This document shows, piece after piece, positions 25,201 to 39,297 of a stretch of DNA of 64,000 nucleotides (positions are counted from its first letter, which is position 1; each line of letters opens with the position of its first letter). This DNA is from Haplodiscus bocki (lineage: Eukaryota). The position numbers were made by a program, and so were the translations under genes. Location of the stretch: positions 39,742,001 through 39,806,000 of the forward strand of contig OZ296656.1 of the NCBI GenBank assembly GCA_965655095.1, in the 5' to 3' direction. The notes under the pieces were generated by a model, which did not search any database, was not told the DNA's origin, and was given only the letters and a program-made list of their open reading frames with translations.

Positions 25201-25992
25201 GATGCCACGGCAGGAAAGCGCACGGAAGTAGCGCAAGCGAAAGAGTGCACGCAGAAAATCACTGCACAGCAGCGTACGGAAAGTCAAGCGCTGTTGAGCC
25301 CATGTAAATCTATGCTGGAAAGCGCGAGATAAAAACCCTGAGAAAGAGAGCACGGAGAAGGCCCCAGAAAAACTGCACCTAAAAATCCCCCGCAGAAATG
25401 CCCACAGAAAAAACACCTGTGAAGGAGCCAACAAAAAAGTCATTACAATGAGGGCAGTTGAAACACTGCTGCGAAAAAGTGCACGGAAAACATCTGTGGA
25501 AGATGGAAAAACCCACTGCTAACAAGCGCACTGAAAAAAACCCTATGAAAAAGCGCGCAGAAAAAGCCAAGACAAAGAGCGTACCAATGAGTTGCCCGCG
25601 AGGAAGGCACTCAAACTCACCCTGCGAAAAGGCGCACGGAAAAAACTCCTCGCGAAAGAACGCAAAGAAAAAGCCGCTGCGAAAAAAGTCTTTGAAGAAA
25701 CCCTTGCGAAAAAACCCGTGGAATTTGTGCATGCGAATCAGTTCACGCAATATTTCCCAGACAAAGAGTCCACGAGAAAAGCCTGGTGAAGCAGCGTGCG
25801 GAAAAAGCCTCCCGAACGAAGGTACACAAAATCTTGTGCAGGAAAACAAACGGAAAAATCCCTTGCAAAAAAACGCACGGAAAAAAAACTGCGAAAGAGC
25901 GCATGCAAGAAGCCACTGCAAAGAAGCGCAGGGGAAAAGCTCACCGGTATGAGACCATGGATATCTCCGGTGCGAAAGACTGCACGGTAAAA
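13240..25992 (+). repeat. 27-bp satellite array 1 (divergent monomers)
   Basis: Continuous head-to-tail variants of CCTGCGAAAGAGCGCACGGAAAAAGCC (10 A, 8 C, 8 G, 1 T), e.g. 16190-16330 parses into 26-27 bp units. Translations give the recurring PAKERTEKA, LRKSARKKP and CERAHGKSP motifs. Confidence 0.95.
19420..24850 (+). repeat. Two tandem ~2.71 kb copies (~100 monomers) within array 1
   Basis: Constant offset 2707-2710 between near-identical stretches (ORFs 20031/22738, 20173/22880, 20737/23444, 21821/24531). Confidence 0.9.
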
Positions 25993-28900
25993 CTGAGCGT
26001 CCGCCTAAATTGCAGTGTTCTCGGTTATATGCTATGAGTGAGTATTCTCTTTACACTTATGCTGCACATACCTCTGAAAGTAGATTTTCATTTATATTAG
26101 ACTTCGTCAATTGAGAAAAATCCAAGTTTCTGCAAAAAAATTGTGATTTTTCAAAACCACCAGTGATAATCTTCAATAGAAAAGAATGAAACATGTTTTG
26201 GAAAACATTCACGATCATTGATTGCTGTTTATTTTTCTTATTACCTTTATATATTGTAACATATTTTGTACCAAAAGTTGCCACCTTTCGCTTGGTCTTC
26301 TACTCTGATGAAAACATACCAATGAAATGAGCAAATTTTGAATAAACAGAAGTTTGTTTCCGACAAAAGTTAGCCACTAAATGTAAGGGAAATTTGCACA
26401 AAACGTCCGTTTTTTTAGCGCAAATTTTGCCAATTGCAATCATGTTTTTATCGATGTTTTTTTCACAATGAAAATTTTTTTATTGAAACAACAAAGTGCT
26501 TTTCTGGACACGTAGGAAGCAGTTCTCACAAAGCTGTTGAGAATTTTGCGCTCAGAATCTGAAAAAGTAGACAAATTTTTTCTCCTGGGAAAAAGTCATC
26601 AAATATATTTTCTGGACACGTAGGTTGCAGCTTGGACAAACCTGTTGGAAAATTTTAGCCAACAGTTTGACAATTTTTGGTCGAACTACAAAAAGGAATA
26701 TGAAAACATATTTTTTACACCAAAAACTCAGAGCGAAACTCAGGATGAAAAATTAGAGTATTGACAACCGCTCCGTGAGTTAATCTTACCGAAAGTCCTA
26801 GAAACCTAAACTGAAAATCCAATAAAGTTCACGAATTGACAAATTGTTTTATTAACAATTTTTTGTTGAAAAGAATGCTCGATAAGAGGGTAGTTTTCTA
26901 TAAACACGCTTTCATCCTTTTAGGATGCATATTTAACAAAGTTGTTGAGCTGGAAAAATGCCAGTGCTAGCCGGCCAGGTTGTTTAAAATCCATTATTAG
27001 TAGATGCTAACACGAAGCGCAATCGCACTGGAATCGTTTCCCACAAGGCCGTACGGAATTGATAAATTGAACAAACAACAATTTTTCATGGCAGAGAAAC
27101 CAGCTCTTGAGATAGAAATGGTGTTATTGGAGATCCTGGTGGAACAATTCAAGTCAATCTCAGGAGTAAAACCGGAGATTTTTTAGCGTGAGAGTCGTGT
27201 TGTAGTATGAAAGCCTCATCTTAAGACTTCATAAAAAAATCAAAATTGTTGATTTTGGTGGGGATGATTTGAAAAATAGAGATTTGTCCGAACTAAGCTC
27301 ACCTGTGCCGCTTTTGGCCTATCAAGATTTCAATTCCGGTGTGGAAATCATACTTTAAAATGTTTAGAAACAAACACTTCGTTTTAGGTATAAATCCCTC
27401 GAGATTGACACCCTGATGGAAACAAAATGAGTTAAGTAGATTTGGTAAATTATAAGTTTGAATATCGAGATGCTTCTAGACTAAAAGCACTTTCTGGCAT
27501 TTCCGGTCCATCTAGATTCCACAAAAGGTTACAAACTCAACAATTTCCTGATCAAATGTTATAATTCAAGTTGGAAGCATTAGGTTGAGACTTTGAGAAA
27601 GGATATAAACTTGGTTGTTGTGATAGAGACCGTGTTAGAAAATTGAGAAGACTCCTTGTTTAGAAACAGTTCTTGACTTTTTTGGATTATCAAAAGTCAA
27701 ATGGAATCAGCGGATAAAACAGTTGTTACTAAAAAAGCCTCAAACGCAAAAACGTTTCTACTACGACTTTGGGGGAAGAAATTAAAACCTGTAGTTCCGG
27801 AATCAGATGGTTTATAATGACCAAAAAAATCAAAAGTGATAGCAAATTTTTGAACTTTCGAAGTATCAAGTTTCTGATGCCAAGAGAAAAATCAACTTTG
27901 ACTGGCCAATCAACCTCCAAAAGTTTAAAGTTATCGGCAGACACCAAGATGAATTATAGCAAGTCTCTAATTACGGGAAATTAAGAGTTTCAAAATGGAG
28001 ATGCAACAATAAAATTTTTTTTTTGGGATGTCGGTTTGTCAATCTTCCAATTCAGTAATCTGAATACACAAAACTTTCATCGAGATTTTTCTTCAACTAA
28101 AATGTTTTGGAATGAGACTTTGACGGAACAACTGAAACCTGTAGTTATGGATGGGAACTGAGGTTGAGTTTGAAAAATGAGAAAACTTATCACTGGGAAG
28201 TTTCCCTGGAAAATTTTGAATATCAAGATTGTAATTCAATGAACAAAATCAACAGTTTCTTACAGGACTTGATGCAGGACTGACAACTCGCAAAGTCTGT
28301 GGAATACATGTTTGAAAAGCGAGGGAATTCAAAAACAACTGTCAAGTCTCTAATGTTCTAACCACAGATAAACAATTCAATTGTCCAAAAATTCTCTACA
28401 GGCGGAAAGTTTCCGATTCCGACGCTTATGGAAAAAAATAATTTTGTAAAGCCTTTTTTTGAAAACTTCTGAATAACAGGACTCTGATGCAATGATCAAG
28501 ATTAACAGTTTTTCACCTGAATACTTTTCTACAAGAATCATATATTAGAATGAAAACATCACGCGGGAATTCGAACCGGTAAGGTTCGAGGAATACAAGT
28601 GTGAAAAACGGGCGAAATCAGTAAAAACAGCACCTTTCGAAACATTGGATTGTAAAGATTCTATTAAAACTAACAAACACAAACAATTCTATCATAGAAA
28701 GGCTCTTTTCATCTGTACAATTTCCGATTCGGAACCTGTTGGAAGAAAAGTTAACATTGGAAAGTGTTCTTTGGAACATTCTCACTGTCAGTATTCTGAG
28801 GCAAGAAAGAAAGACAATGTTTTTTCGACTACTTGTCTACATTTTCTCTGTTTTCGATTGAGATCTTGATGGGAGAAAATGAACATCTAGTGACTGAGAA

Positions 28901-29369
28901 ATGAGAGCTTGAATATCGATTCATGTGAAAGAAAAGCTTCTTTTGGTATATTTGGACTGTCACAAATCTGCTGAATGGATCGAAACAAAAGATTTTGTAT
29001 TTGAATTGTCTGCCGGAAATGGAATGTCTCCGATAGAGACCTTGGTTGAAGAGGGCATACCTGTTGTTGATGTTAAATATGAGTTTATATTTGCAGACAC
29101 ATGAATATTATTAAACAATTTCCCATTTTTCTGACTCTGGGGATTTTGATGGGAGGAAAAGACTAAACTATTTCAGAAAACCTAGTCCCCACCGACAGAA
29201 CGCATCCGAATGTGAACTAGATGGAAGATTTGGACGCGAACTTTTGCGGAAAAATGAGTTTCAAATTAAACGGAATTCAGTACTAATCGCATTTTTTGGC
29301 AATATCTCAATTTCGATATTACAATACGTTAGGAAACAGCAGGCTCTTTTTTTAAAAAATCCCCTTTGT
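25993..29369. repeat. AT-rich head block, copy 2
   Basis: GCCTAAATTGCAGTGTTC at 26003 matches 9808. Includes the interspersed-repeat arm (to 27012) and the 310-bp modules (~28150-29040, with small deletions). Confidence 0.95.
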
Positions 29370-32300
29370 GCCATGGCGAAAGAGCGCACAGAAAAAGCCC
29401 CTGCGATTGAGCGCACATAGATGGCCCTGCAAGAAAAGCGCGCACAAAAAGCTCCAGCGAAGAAGCACAAGGAAAGAACCCCCGTGAAGTAATGAACGGA
29501 AAAGACCCCGGCGAAAGAGTGCCTCGAAAGAATTTGGAATAGATTGCACGGAAAGAGTTCCTATGAAGAAGCTCACGGAGAAAGACACTGCGAAAGAAAG
29601 CGTCGAAAACGATTCTCGGATAGAGCGCCTGGATAAAACCCACGAAAAAGGCGCACGGGAAAGGCTCCGGCAAAAAAGCGCACGGAGGATGAACTGCAAA
29701 AAAGCGCGCGGAAAAATGTCAAACGATTGAGCGCCCGGAATATCTTCATGCAATTAAACGCACGGAGAAAGCCCCTGCAGAAAATTGCAGAAAAAAGCCC
29801 CTGGGAAAAAGTCCGTTGAAAAGTTCCCGCGAAAAGGTGCAGACAGAGGGCCCTGCAAAAAACGCGCCAAATTGGATCAAACGAGGGAGCGCAAGGATAA
29901 AACCCCCGCGAAGAGTCGCCCAGGAATAGCCCTTGCCAAGGAACGCATGGAAGACACCCCGGCAAAAAACGCCCGGTGGAAGCACTTGTGAAAAAGCCAA
30001 CAGCGAAAGAGCCCGTGGAAATTGCCCATGCGAAAGAGTGCACGAAAATAAAGCCCCGCAGAAGAGCGTACTGAGAAGGCCCCCGTGAAAAAACCCATAG
30101 AAAAAGCACCTGTAAAAAAACACACAAAAAAGTCCTCACAAAATAGCGCAGGTAAATTCGCTGCGAATGAGTGCAAAAATACGGCCATACGAAAAAACGG
30201 ACGGAAAGGGCTTACGCGAAAATGCGAAAGGCAAACGCCCGTCGCAAAAGCGCAGGGAAATCAACCGGCAAAAAGCGCACAGAAAAAACACTGCAAAAGA
30301 GCGCATGGAAATTGCCCAATCGAATGAGTGCACAGAAACACAGCCACCGATGAAGAGTGCACGGAAAAAGTCCCTGCCAAAGAACGCATTCAAAAATTCC
30401 CAGTGAAAGCTGCATGGAAAAAGCCACTGCGATGGAGTGAATCGAAAAATTCCACTCGATAAAACCCACTGAAAAAGCACCTGTGAAAGAACGCACCACG
30501 AAATTCCTTATAAAAGGTCGCAGGTAGAATCTCCAGCGGAAGAGCGCAGTGAAAAAACTGCCAAAGAGAGCACTAAGAAGCTCCCGCAAAAAATCGAGCC
30601 GAAAAACACCTGCGAAACATTGCACTGAAAAAGTCCCTGCTAAAGATAGCAAGAAAATCACTGCGAAAGAATGCACGGAAAAAATCCCGGCGAAAGAGCG
30701 CTCAGAGATAACCCAGGCGAAGGAGCGCTTGCAAAAAGCCCCGGCGAAAAAGCGCATGGATAAATTCCCTGCGATTAAATGCAAATATACGTCGCTGCAA
30801 AAAAACGCACGAAAAAGGCTCAAGATTAATAGCCCAAGGAAAACCCCGAACCCCAAGAGAAGCACAGGGAAGAAACCAAATGAAAGCAGTCATCAAAAAG
30901 ACCCCAGCAAAAACGCTTAGAAGTTAACTGCCAAAGTGTTCGTGGAAATTGCCCAAGCGAAAGAGTGCACAAACTTAAAGCCCCTGCCAAAGAGCGAACG
31001 CAAGAATCCCCTCTGAGAAAACGCACCGAAGAAGCCCCTGCGAAGGGATGCACCGAAGAACTCCACGCGATCAAGCCCACGGAAAAAGCATCTGTTAAAA
31101 AGCGCACCGAAAACTTCCTCACAAAAAGTGCAGGTTAAAACCTCCTGCGAATGAGCACACGGAAAGGAACTGCGGAAGAGCGCACTGAAAAACCTTTTTG
31201 AGAGAGCTCATGGAAAACTCCTCCATGAGAAAACGCACTCAAGACGCCCCTGCGAAAAATCGCCGGGAAAGAAACGCCTGCAAAAAAGTAAAGATAAAAA
31301 GCCCTTGTAAAAAAGCGCCTGGAAAAAGCCACTGCCTAGAAGCGGAGAAAAAAAACACCCTGCAAGAAAATGCAAAGGTAAAACTCTCGTGAAACAGGTC
31401 AAGAAAATGAAACCGGTGAGAAAGCGCACCGAAAACACCCCTGCAAAGGAGTGCACAGGAAAAAAACCCCCGTGAAATAGCGCACCGAAAAACGTCAAAA
31501 AAAATCAACGAAAAATTCCTGCAAAGGAGCGCAGGGAACAGCCTCCGTGGAAAGAGCGCACAAAAAAGCGAAGGCTAAAGATCGCACTAGCAAAAACCCT
31601 ATGAAGGGGGGCACGGAAAACGGCCTCCTGGAAAGAGCGCTCGGAAAAAGTCCCTGCATAACAGAGCACGGAATATGCCCAAGCGAATTGAACCACATAG
31701 AAGGACCTGCAAAAAAGCGTTCAAAAAAGGCTCAAGTGAAAGATTGTAGAAAAAATCCCACGCGATACAGCACATAAAAAACGCCGCTGCAAAAGACCAC
31801 ATGGAAAAAACCTCGTCGAATGAGCGCGCCAAGAGAACCCCCTCAGAAAAGCTCACAGAAAAAACAACCAATAAGAAGCCCACAAAAAAAGCCATCACAA
31901 AGAACGCACCAAAAAATTGCCCGCGAGAAACGCTCGCAAACTCACCCTGCGAAAGAGCGCACGACAAAACCGCTGCAAAAAAAGGCTCGGAAGAAACCCT
32001 GGCGGAAAAACCAAAGAAAATTGTCCATGCGAATGAGTTCAAGCAAGATATCCCAGTGAAAGAGCCCACGGGAAAAGTCATGCGAAAGAGCGTACGGGAA
32101 TAGTCGCACGATTGAGGGCACACAAAAATTTGTGCAGCAAAACACACGGAAAAAACGCTTGCAAAAGGACGCACTGAAAAAAACCCCTGCGAAAGAGTGC
32201 ATGCAAAAAACCCAAAAAACCACTGCAAAGAATCGCACGGAAAAAGCTTACGGGGTTGAGCCCACGGACATCTCCGCTGAGAAAGACTGCACGCTAAAAC

Positions 32301-35300
32301 ACTCCCTCGAAAAAGGAAAAGATCCCCCTGCAAAAAAACTCACGGAAAAAGCACTTGCGAAAAAGTGCACGAAAAATTCCCCTGCAAAAGAGAGCTGATA
32401 AAAGGCTCCTGCGAAAGAGCGCGCGGAAGAATCCCTCGTAACAGGGCGCTCCAAAAAATGTCAGCGCCAAAACGCACGAGAAAAGGCACTGCGAAAAAGC
32501 GTTAGGAAATAGTCCCCACGAAGGAGCTTATGGAACTCTCCCTTGAAAAAAAGTGCAAAGTGAAAGGGCCCCGTGAGACAACCTACTGAAAAAGCCACCG
32601 CGATGGAGCCCATTGAACTGTTTCCTGACAAAAAAGACACGGAGGAAGCCCCGGAAAAAAGTGCACCAAAAAATCTCCAATGAGAGAGCGCACTGAAAAC
32701 GACCCTGTGAAAAAGTAGATTGAAACCGTCCATGCGAAAAAATGCACGGCAGAAATCACTAGGAAAAAGCCCAAGGGAAAGATCGTGGTAAAGAGCGCAC
32801 ACAGAATGGTTCTGTGGAAAAGTGCAACAAAGCAACCCTAAAAAAACGCACTGAAAAAACCACTGCGAAAGAGCGCACGGAATTGGCTCCTGCAAAAAAA
32901 CGCACGCGAAAAGTTCACGGGGATGAGACCATGGATATATCCGCTGCGATAGAGTACACCAGAAAACAGCAACAGGATTTATAGCATGGAAATAGACGCT
33001 ACGAAAATGCCCGCATAAACTGTCGATGCCTAAGAAATCACGGAAGATGTCCCCGGGAACGATTGCACGGTAAAAGCCTTGCGAAGGAGCATGCCGAGGA
33101 AGCTTCGCAAAAGAAGGCGCAGAAAGAAGACCCTGCACAATGGCACACGGCAAAACCCCTGCGATAGAGCTCACTGAAAAAGCCACTGCCAAGAGACACA
33201 CGGACAATGCACCGCGAAAGCGTCCGTGGAAATCATCCATGCTAACGGGTGCACAGAATGGTCTGAAAAAATGTACCGAAAAAACTTCATAGAAAAGCCC
33301 ACGCAAAAAACACCAGGAAAAAAAGTCACAAAAAAGAGCGAGCCCCCGCGAAAGAGCTCACGGAAAAGTCTACGTGAAAAGGGCACGGAAAATGCCCGGC
33401 AGAAAAGCGCACGGAAGAAACGCAAGCGAAAGAGTGCACGCAGAAAATCACCGCAAAGCAGCGTACGGAAAATCAAGCGCTGGTGAGCCCAGGGAACTCT
33501 ATGCTGGAAGAGTGTGCGCGGGATAACAGCCCTGTGAAAGAGAGCACGGAGAAAGGCCTGCGAACTATCCCATGGAAATATCCCCTGCCAAAGAGAGCAC
33601 GGAAAAAACCACTGCAAAGAAGCGCAGGGAAAAAGCTCACGGGGATGAGCCCATGGATATCTCCGCTGAAAAAAGCGCACGGAGAAAGCTCCGAAAAAAT
33701 TGCACAAAAAATCTCCTGCGACAGAGGGCACTGAAATCGACCCTCCGAAAAGTTAATGGAAACCGTCCATGCGAAAAAGTCCACAGGAGATGCCCCTGCG
33801 AAAAGCCCACGGGAAAATCCCTGCGAAGTGAAGTGCGGAAGAAGCCTTCCGAAATCGGTCGTGAAAAAGACCCCCTGCAGAAAAGTGCGCTGCGAAAAAT
33901 TCTGCGAAAGAGCGTGCCAAAAAAACCACTGCGAAGAAGCGCACAGAAAAAGCTGCTGGTTATGAGCCGATCGATATCTCCACTGCGAAAGAGTGCCAGG
34001 GAAAACAGCCCCACGAAAGAGAGCACGGTAAAAGCTGCGCAAAAAAGTCCACGGGAAAAGCACATACAAAAAAGAGCACGAAAAAAGACCCTACCAAACA
34101 GTGCAGGTAAAAAGTTCCTGCAGAGAATTGCACAGACGAAACCCTTGCGAAAGAGCACACAAAAAAAGCCCCCGCAAATGCTCCCATTGAACTCTCCCCT
34201 GCAAAAAGGAGAAAGACCCGGAAAAAAATTGAACCAAAAATCTACCCCCGAGAGAGAGCACTGTAAACGACCCCGCTAAAGAGTCCATGGAAACCGTCCA
34301 TGCGTAAGTTTGCACGGAAGATGCACCGGGGAAAAACCCATGGGGAAAGCCCTGCAAAAGAGCGTGTCGAAAAAGCTTTGCGAAAGAAGGCGCGGAAAAG
34401 AGGCCCTGCACAAAAGCGCAAGGCAAAAACGCCTGCGATAGGGCGCCAGCAAAATTGATCTACCGGAAAGCGCACGGAGGAAAGCGCTAAGTAAAATGCA
34501 CGAAGAAGCTCCTGAAAAAGAGGGCACGCAAAAGAGCCTCTACAAAAAAGTGCAAGGAAGAAGCCCAAGCGAAAGAGCCCATTGAAACCATCCATGCGAA
34601 AAGATGAACGCAGCTGGCCCCAGAAAAAATGCGCCAAAAAGTTTCCCGCGGGAGAGCGCTCTGAAAACGAACCTGCCAAGGGGTCTATGGAAACCAACTA
34701 TTCGAAACTTTGCACGGAGGTTGCACCGGTAAAAAAACCTATTGGAAACACCCTGCTCAAAAGCGCACCGCAAAGACCCCTGCGATAAGGCATCCAGAAA
34801 ATGGTTCCGCAAAGAGGCGCGCAGAAAAGGCTCCGGGGGATGAGCCCATAGATGCCTCCGTTGCCAACGAATGCCCGGGGAAACCGCCTCGCAAGAGATA
34901 GCACGGAAAAAGCCCCCGCAAAAAACCCCTTGTAAGTCGTCCATGCGAAACAGTTCACGGAAGATATCCCCAAGAAAGAGCCCATGGTAAAAGCCCTGCG
35001 CAAAGACGTACCAAAAAACTCCAGCGAAAGAGCCCAGGGAGGTCTCACATGCAAAAATATGCACGGAGGAGGCCCCAGAAAAAATGAACCAAAAAAATTC
35101 CCGCCGGATACTGCACCTAAAACGATCCTGCGAAAAATTCGATTGAAACCGTCCAAGCGGAAGTTTGCAAAGGAGGTACCCCTTGGTAAAAAGCCCAAGG
35201 GAAAAATCGTGCTAAAGAGCGCACACAGAATGGTTCTGTGGAAAAGTGCACTGGAGCAACCCTAAAAAAACGCACTGAAAAAACGACTGCGAAAGAGCGC

Positions 35301-38300
35301 ACGGATTTGGCTCCTGCAAAAAGACGCACGCGAAAAGTTCAGTGGGTTGAGCCCATGTCTCCGCTGCGAAAGACTGCACGGTAAAAGTCTGCACGGAGGT
35401 TACACGCCTGAAAAGACCCATTGGAAAAGCCCTGCGAAATAGCGTACCGAAAAACTTTTGGGATATAGGGCGCCGGAAAAAAAGCCTTGCTCAAAAGCGC
35501 ACCGCAAAAACCCCTGCGGTAGGGCAGCCGCAAAATGGTTCTGCAAAGAAGCGCACGGTGATTAGCCCTAAAAAAGCGCGCACGGAAAAAACCCCGCCGG
35601 AAGAGCGCACGCAAGAAGCCACTACAAAGAAGCGCACGGAAAAAGCTCCTGGGGATGATCCCATGGATGCCTACGTTGCAAAAAAGTGCCGAGGAAGCAG
35701 CCTCGCGAGAGTTAGCACAGCAAAATCCCTCGCAAAAAAACACTTGGAATCGTCCATGCGAAAAAGTTCACGGAAGATGTCCCCAAGAAGGAGCCCGTGA
35801 TAAAAGCCCTGCCAAAGACCATTCAGACGATGCCCTGCAAAAAGATGTTACGCAAGAAATCATCTGCAAAAAACAGCCAGGATAAAACCCCTGCGGGAGA
35901 GCTCATGGAACTCTTCGCTACAAAAGAGTTCAAAATATAGGGGCCCCACGACTGAGCGTACCAAAAAGGCCCCAGCGAAGGAGCCCATGGAAGTCTCCCT
36001 CGCAAAACAGTCCGCGGAGAAGGCCCCGGAAAAAAAGTGCACAAAAAAATCTCCTGCGAGAGAGCGAACTGAAAACAGCCATGCGAAAGAGTCCACGGTA
36101 ACTGTCCATGCGAAAGAGTGCTCGCAAGATGCCCCCCAGAAAGAATGCACGGAAAAAGCCCCGCGAAAGTGTTCATGGAAATCGTCCGTTCAAGAAAGTG
36201 CACGGAAGATGCTCCTGCAAAAAAAGCGCACAAATAAAGGCACCGCGGTTGAGCCCATGGAAAAATCGGCTGCCACGGAGTGTGCGAGAGAAGAAAACTG
36301 CACAAAATAGCACCAAAAAGCCCCTCTGAACAGAACAATCAAAAATACACTGCGAAAATGCACATGGAAGGGCCCCTGCGAAGAAGCCCATGGAAAACTT
36401 CTCTGCAAAAGAGTGAACGAAGAAAGCCCCGGAAGAATGTGAACCGAAAACCTCCCAACATGAGAGAGCAATGAAAACGACCTTGCGAAAGAGTGCACTG
36501 AAGCTGCACTCGCGCAAAATCCGACGGAACAGCCCTGCGAAAGTGCCTACCAAAAAAACCCCCGCGAAGAAGCCCATGAATTTCTCCCCCGCGAAAACTG
36601 CAGGGAGAAGGCCCCGAAAAAAGTGCACCGAAAAAACTTCCGCGAGAGAGCGCGCTAAAAACGACACTGCGAAAAAGTCCATGGAAACCGTCCACGCAAA
36701 AGAATGCACGAGAGATGACCCCGGGAAAAGGCTCACGGGAGAATCTCTGAAAAAAAGCGTGCCGAAAAAGATTCCTGAAAGAGGGCTTGGAAATAAACCC
36801 ACGTACAAAAGCGCACGGCAAAAACCGCTGCGAAAGAGAGTACGAAGAATGGTTCTGCACAAAAGTGCACGAGAGAAGCTTTGCAAAAAAGCGCTAAGAA
36901 AAAGTCCATGCGAAAAAGCGCACGCAAGAAGACATTGCATGGAAGCGAACCGAAAACGCTCGTGCAATCAGCTCATGGACATCTCCGCTGTCAAAAAGTG
37001 CCCGGGGAAACAGCCCCGCAAAAGAGAGCACGGCAAAACCCCAACAAAAAAACTAATGGAAATCGTCCATGCGAAAGAGTTCACGGAAGATGTCTCCAAG
37101 AAAAAGGCCATGGTAAAAGCCCCGCCAAAGACCATGCAGACGAAGCCCTACGAAAGATGTTACGCAAAATGCCTCTGTAAGAAACAGCCAGGATAAAACC
37201 CCTCCGGGAGAGCTCATGGAACTCTCCGCTACAAAAGAGTGTAAAAAATGGCTCCACGACAGAGCGTACCAAAAAAGCCCCAGCGAAAGTGCCCAAGGAA
37301 GTCTCCCTCGCAAAAAAGTCCACAGAGAAAGCCCGAAAAAAAGTACACAAAAAAAATCTCCTGCGAGAAAACGAACTGAAAACCGCCAAGCGAAAGAGTC
37401 CATGGTAACCGTCCATGCGAATGAATGCACGGAAAATGCTCCTGCGAAAAAGCGCACAAATAAGGGCCCAGTGGTTGAGCCCATGGAAAAATCCTTGCCA
37501 ACGAGACCAGGGGACTCTCCAGTGCCAAAAAGTGCCCGGAGACGGCTCCGGGGAAAGAATGCACAAAAAAACTTCCCGCAGCAGAGCTCTGAAAACTACC
37601 TTGCAAAAAAGTGCACTGAAAAGCCCCTGCAGAAAGGACACGGAAGACTTCTATGCAAAAGGGCGCACGCAGAACAACACTGCAAAGCAGTGTACGGAAA
37701 ATCCAGCGCTGGTGAACACGTGGAAATTTATACTGCAACAGTGTGCGCGGTATAAAAGCCCTGAGAAACAGAGCACGGAACAAACCCCTGCAAGAGAAGG
37801 CACATAATAATCTACTGCAAAAAAGCGCACGGAAACATCCATACGAAATAGCCCATGGAAATTTCCTCTGCCAAAGAGTGCACGGAGAAAACCCCGGAGA
37901 AAAATGCAACAAAAAATCCCCCCGAAGAAGCGCACTGAAAACGACCCTGCAAAAAACTCGGTGGAAACCTTCCATGAGAGAGAATGCTTGGGGGAAAAGC
38001 CCAAGGCAAAAACTTTGCGAATGAGTGCGCCGAGAGAACCCCCTCAGAAAAGCTCACAGAAAAAACAACCAATAAGAAGCCCACAAAAAAAGCCATCACA
38101 AAGAGCGCACCAAAAAATTGCCCGCGAGAAACGCTCGCAAACTCACCCTGCGAAAGAGCGCACGACAAAACCGCTGCAAAAAAAGGCATGGAAGAAACCC
38201 TGGCGGAAAAACCAAAGAAAATTGTCCATGCGAATGAGTTCAAGCAAGATATCCCAGTGAAAGAGCCCACGGGAAAAGTCATGCGAAAGAGCGTACGGGA

Positions 38301-39297
38301 GTAGTCGCGCGATTGAGGGCACACAAAAATTTGTGCAGCAAAACACACGGAAAAAACCCCTGCAAAAGGACGCACGGAAAAAAACCCCTGCCAAAGTGTG
38401 CATGCAAAAAACCCAAAAAACCACTGCAAAGAATCGCACGGAAAAACCTCACGGGGTTGAGCCCACGGACATCTCCGCTGCGAAAGACTGCACGGTAAAA
38501 CACTCCCTCGAAAAAGGAAAGAATCACCCCGGAAAAAAACCCAGGGGAAAAGCACTTGCGAAAAAGTGCACGAAAATTTCCCCTGCAAAAGAGAGCTGAT
38601 AAAAGGCTCCTGCGAAATAGCGCGCGGAAGAATCCCTCGTAACAGGGCGCTCCAAAACTTGTCAGCGCAAAAACGCACGAGAAAAGGCACTGCGAAAAAG
38701 CGTTGGGAAATAGTCCCCATGAAGGAGCCTATGGAACTCTCCCTTGCAAAAAAGTGCAAGGTGAAAGGTCCCCGTGAGAGAACCTACCGAAAAAGCCACC
38801 GCGATGGAGCCCCTTGAACTCTTCCCTGACAAAAAACACGGAGGAAATGCAGGAAAAAAATGCACCAAAAAGTCTCCGACGAGAGAGCGGACTGAAAACG
38901 ACCCTGCGAAAAAGTAGATTGAAACCGTCCATGCGAAAGAATGCACGGTGGAAATCTCTGGTGAAATGCCCAAAGGAAACATCGTGCTAAAGAGCGCACA
39001 CAGAATGGTTCTGTGGAAAAGTGCACGGAAGCAACCCTTTAAAAAACGCTTTGAAAAACCACTGCTAAAGAGCGCACATAAATGGTCCCTGCAAAAAAAC
39101 GCACGCGAAAAGTTCACGGGGATGAGACCATGGATATATCCGCTGCGGAAGAGTACACGAGAAAACAGCGCCAGGAATTAGAGCACGGAAACAGACGCCG
39201 CGAAAAAACCCGTGTAAATTGTCGATGCCTAGGAAATCACGGAAGATGTCCCCGGGAAAGATTGCACGGTAAAAGCCTTGCGAAGGAGCATGTCGAG
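29370..39297 (+). repeat. 27-bp satellite array 2
   Basis: Same monomer and orientation; opens with the same ordered monomer series as arrays 1 and 3 (ORFs 14392/30167/43109). Internal duplications 31830-33097 ~ 38030-39297 (offset ~6201) and ~35845 ~ 37157. Confidence 0.95.
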
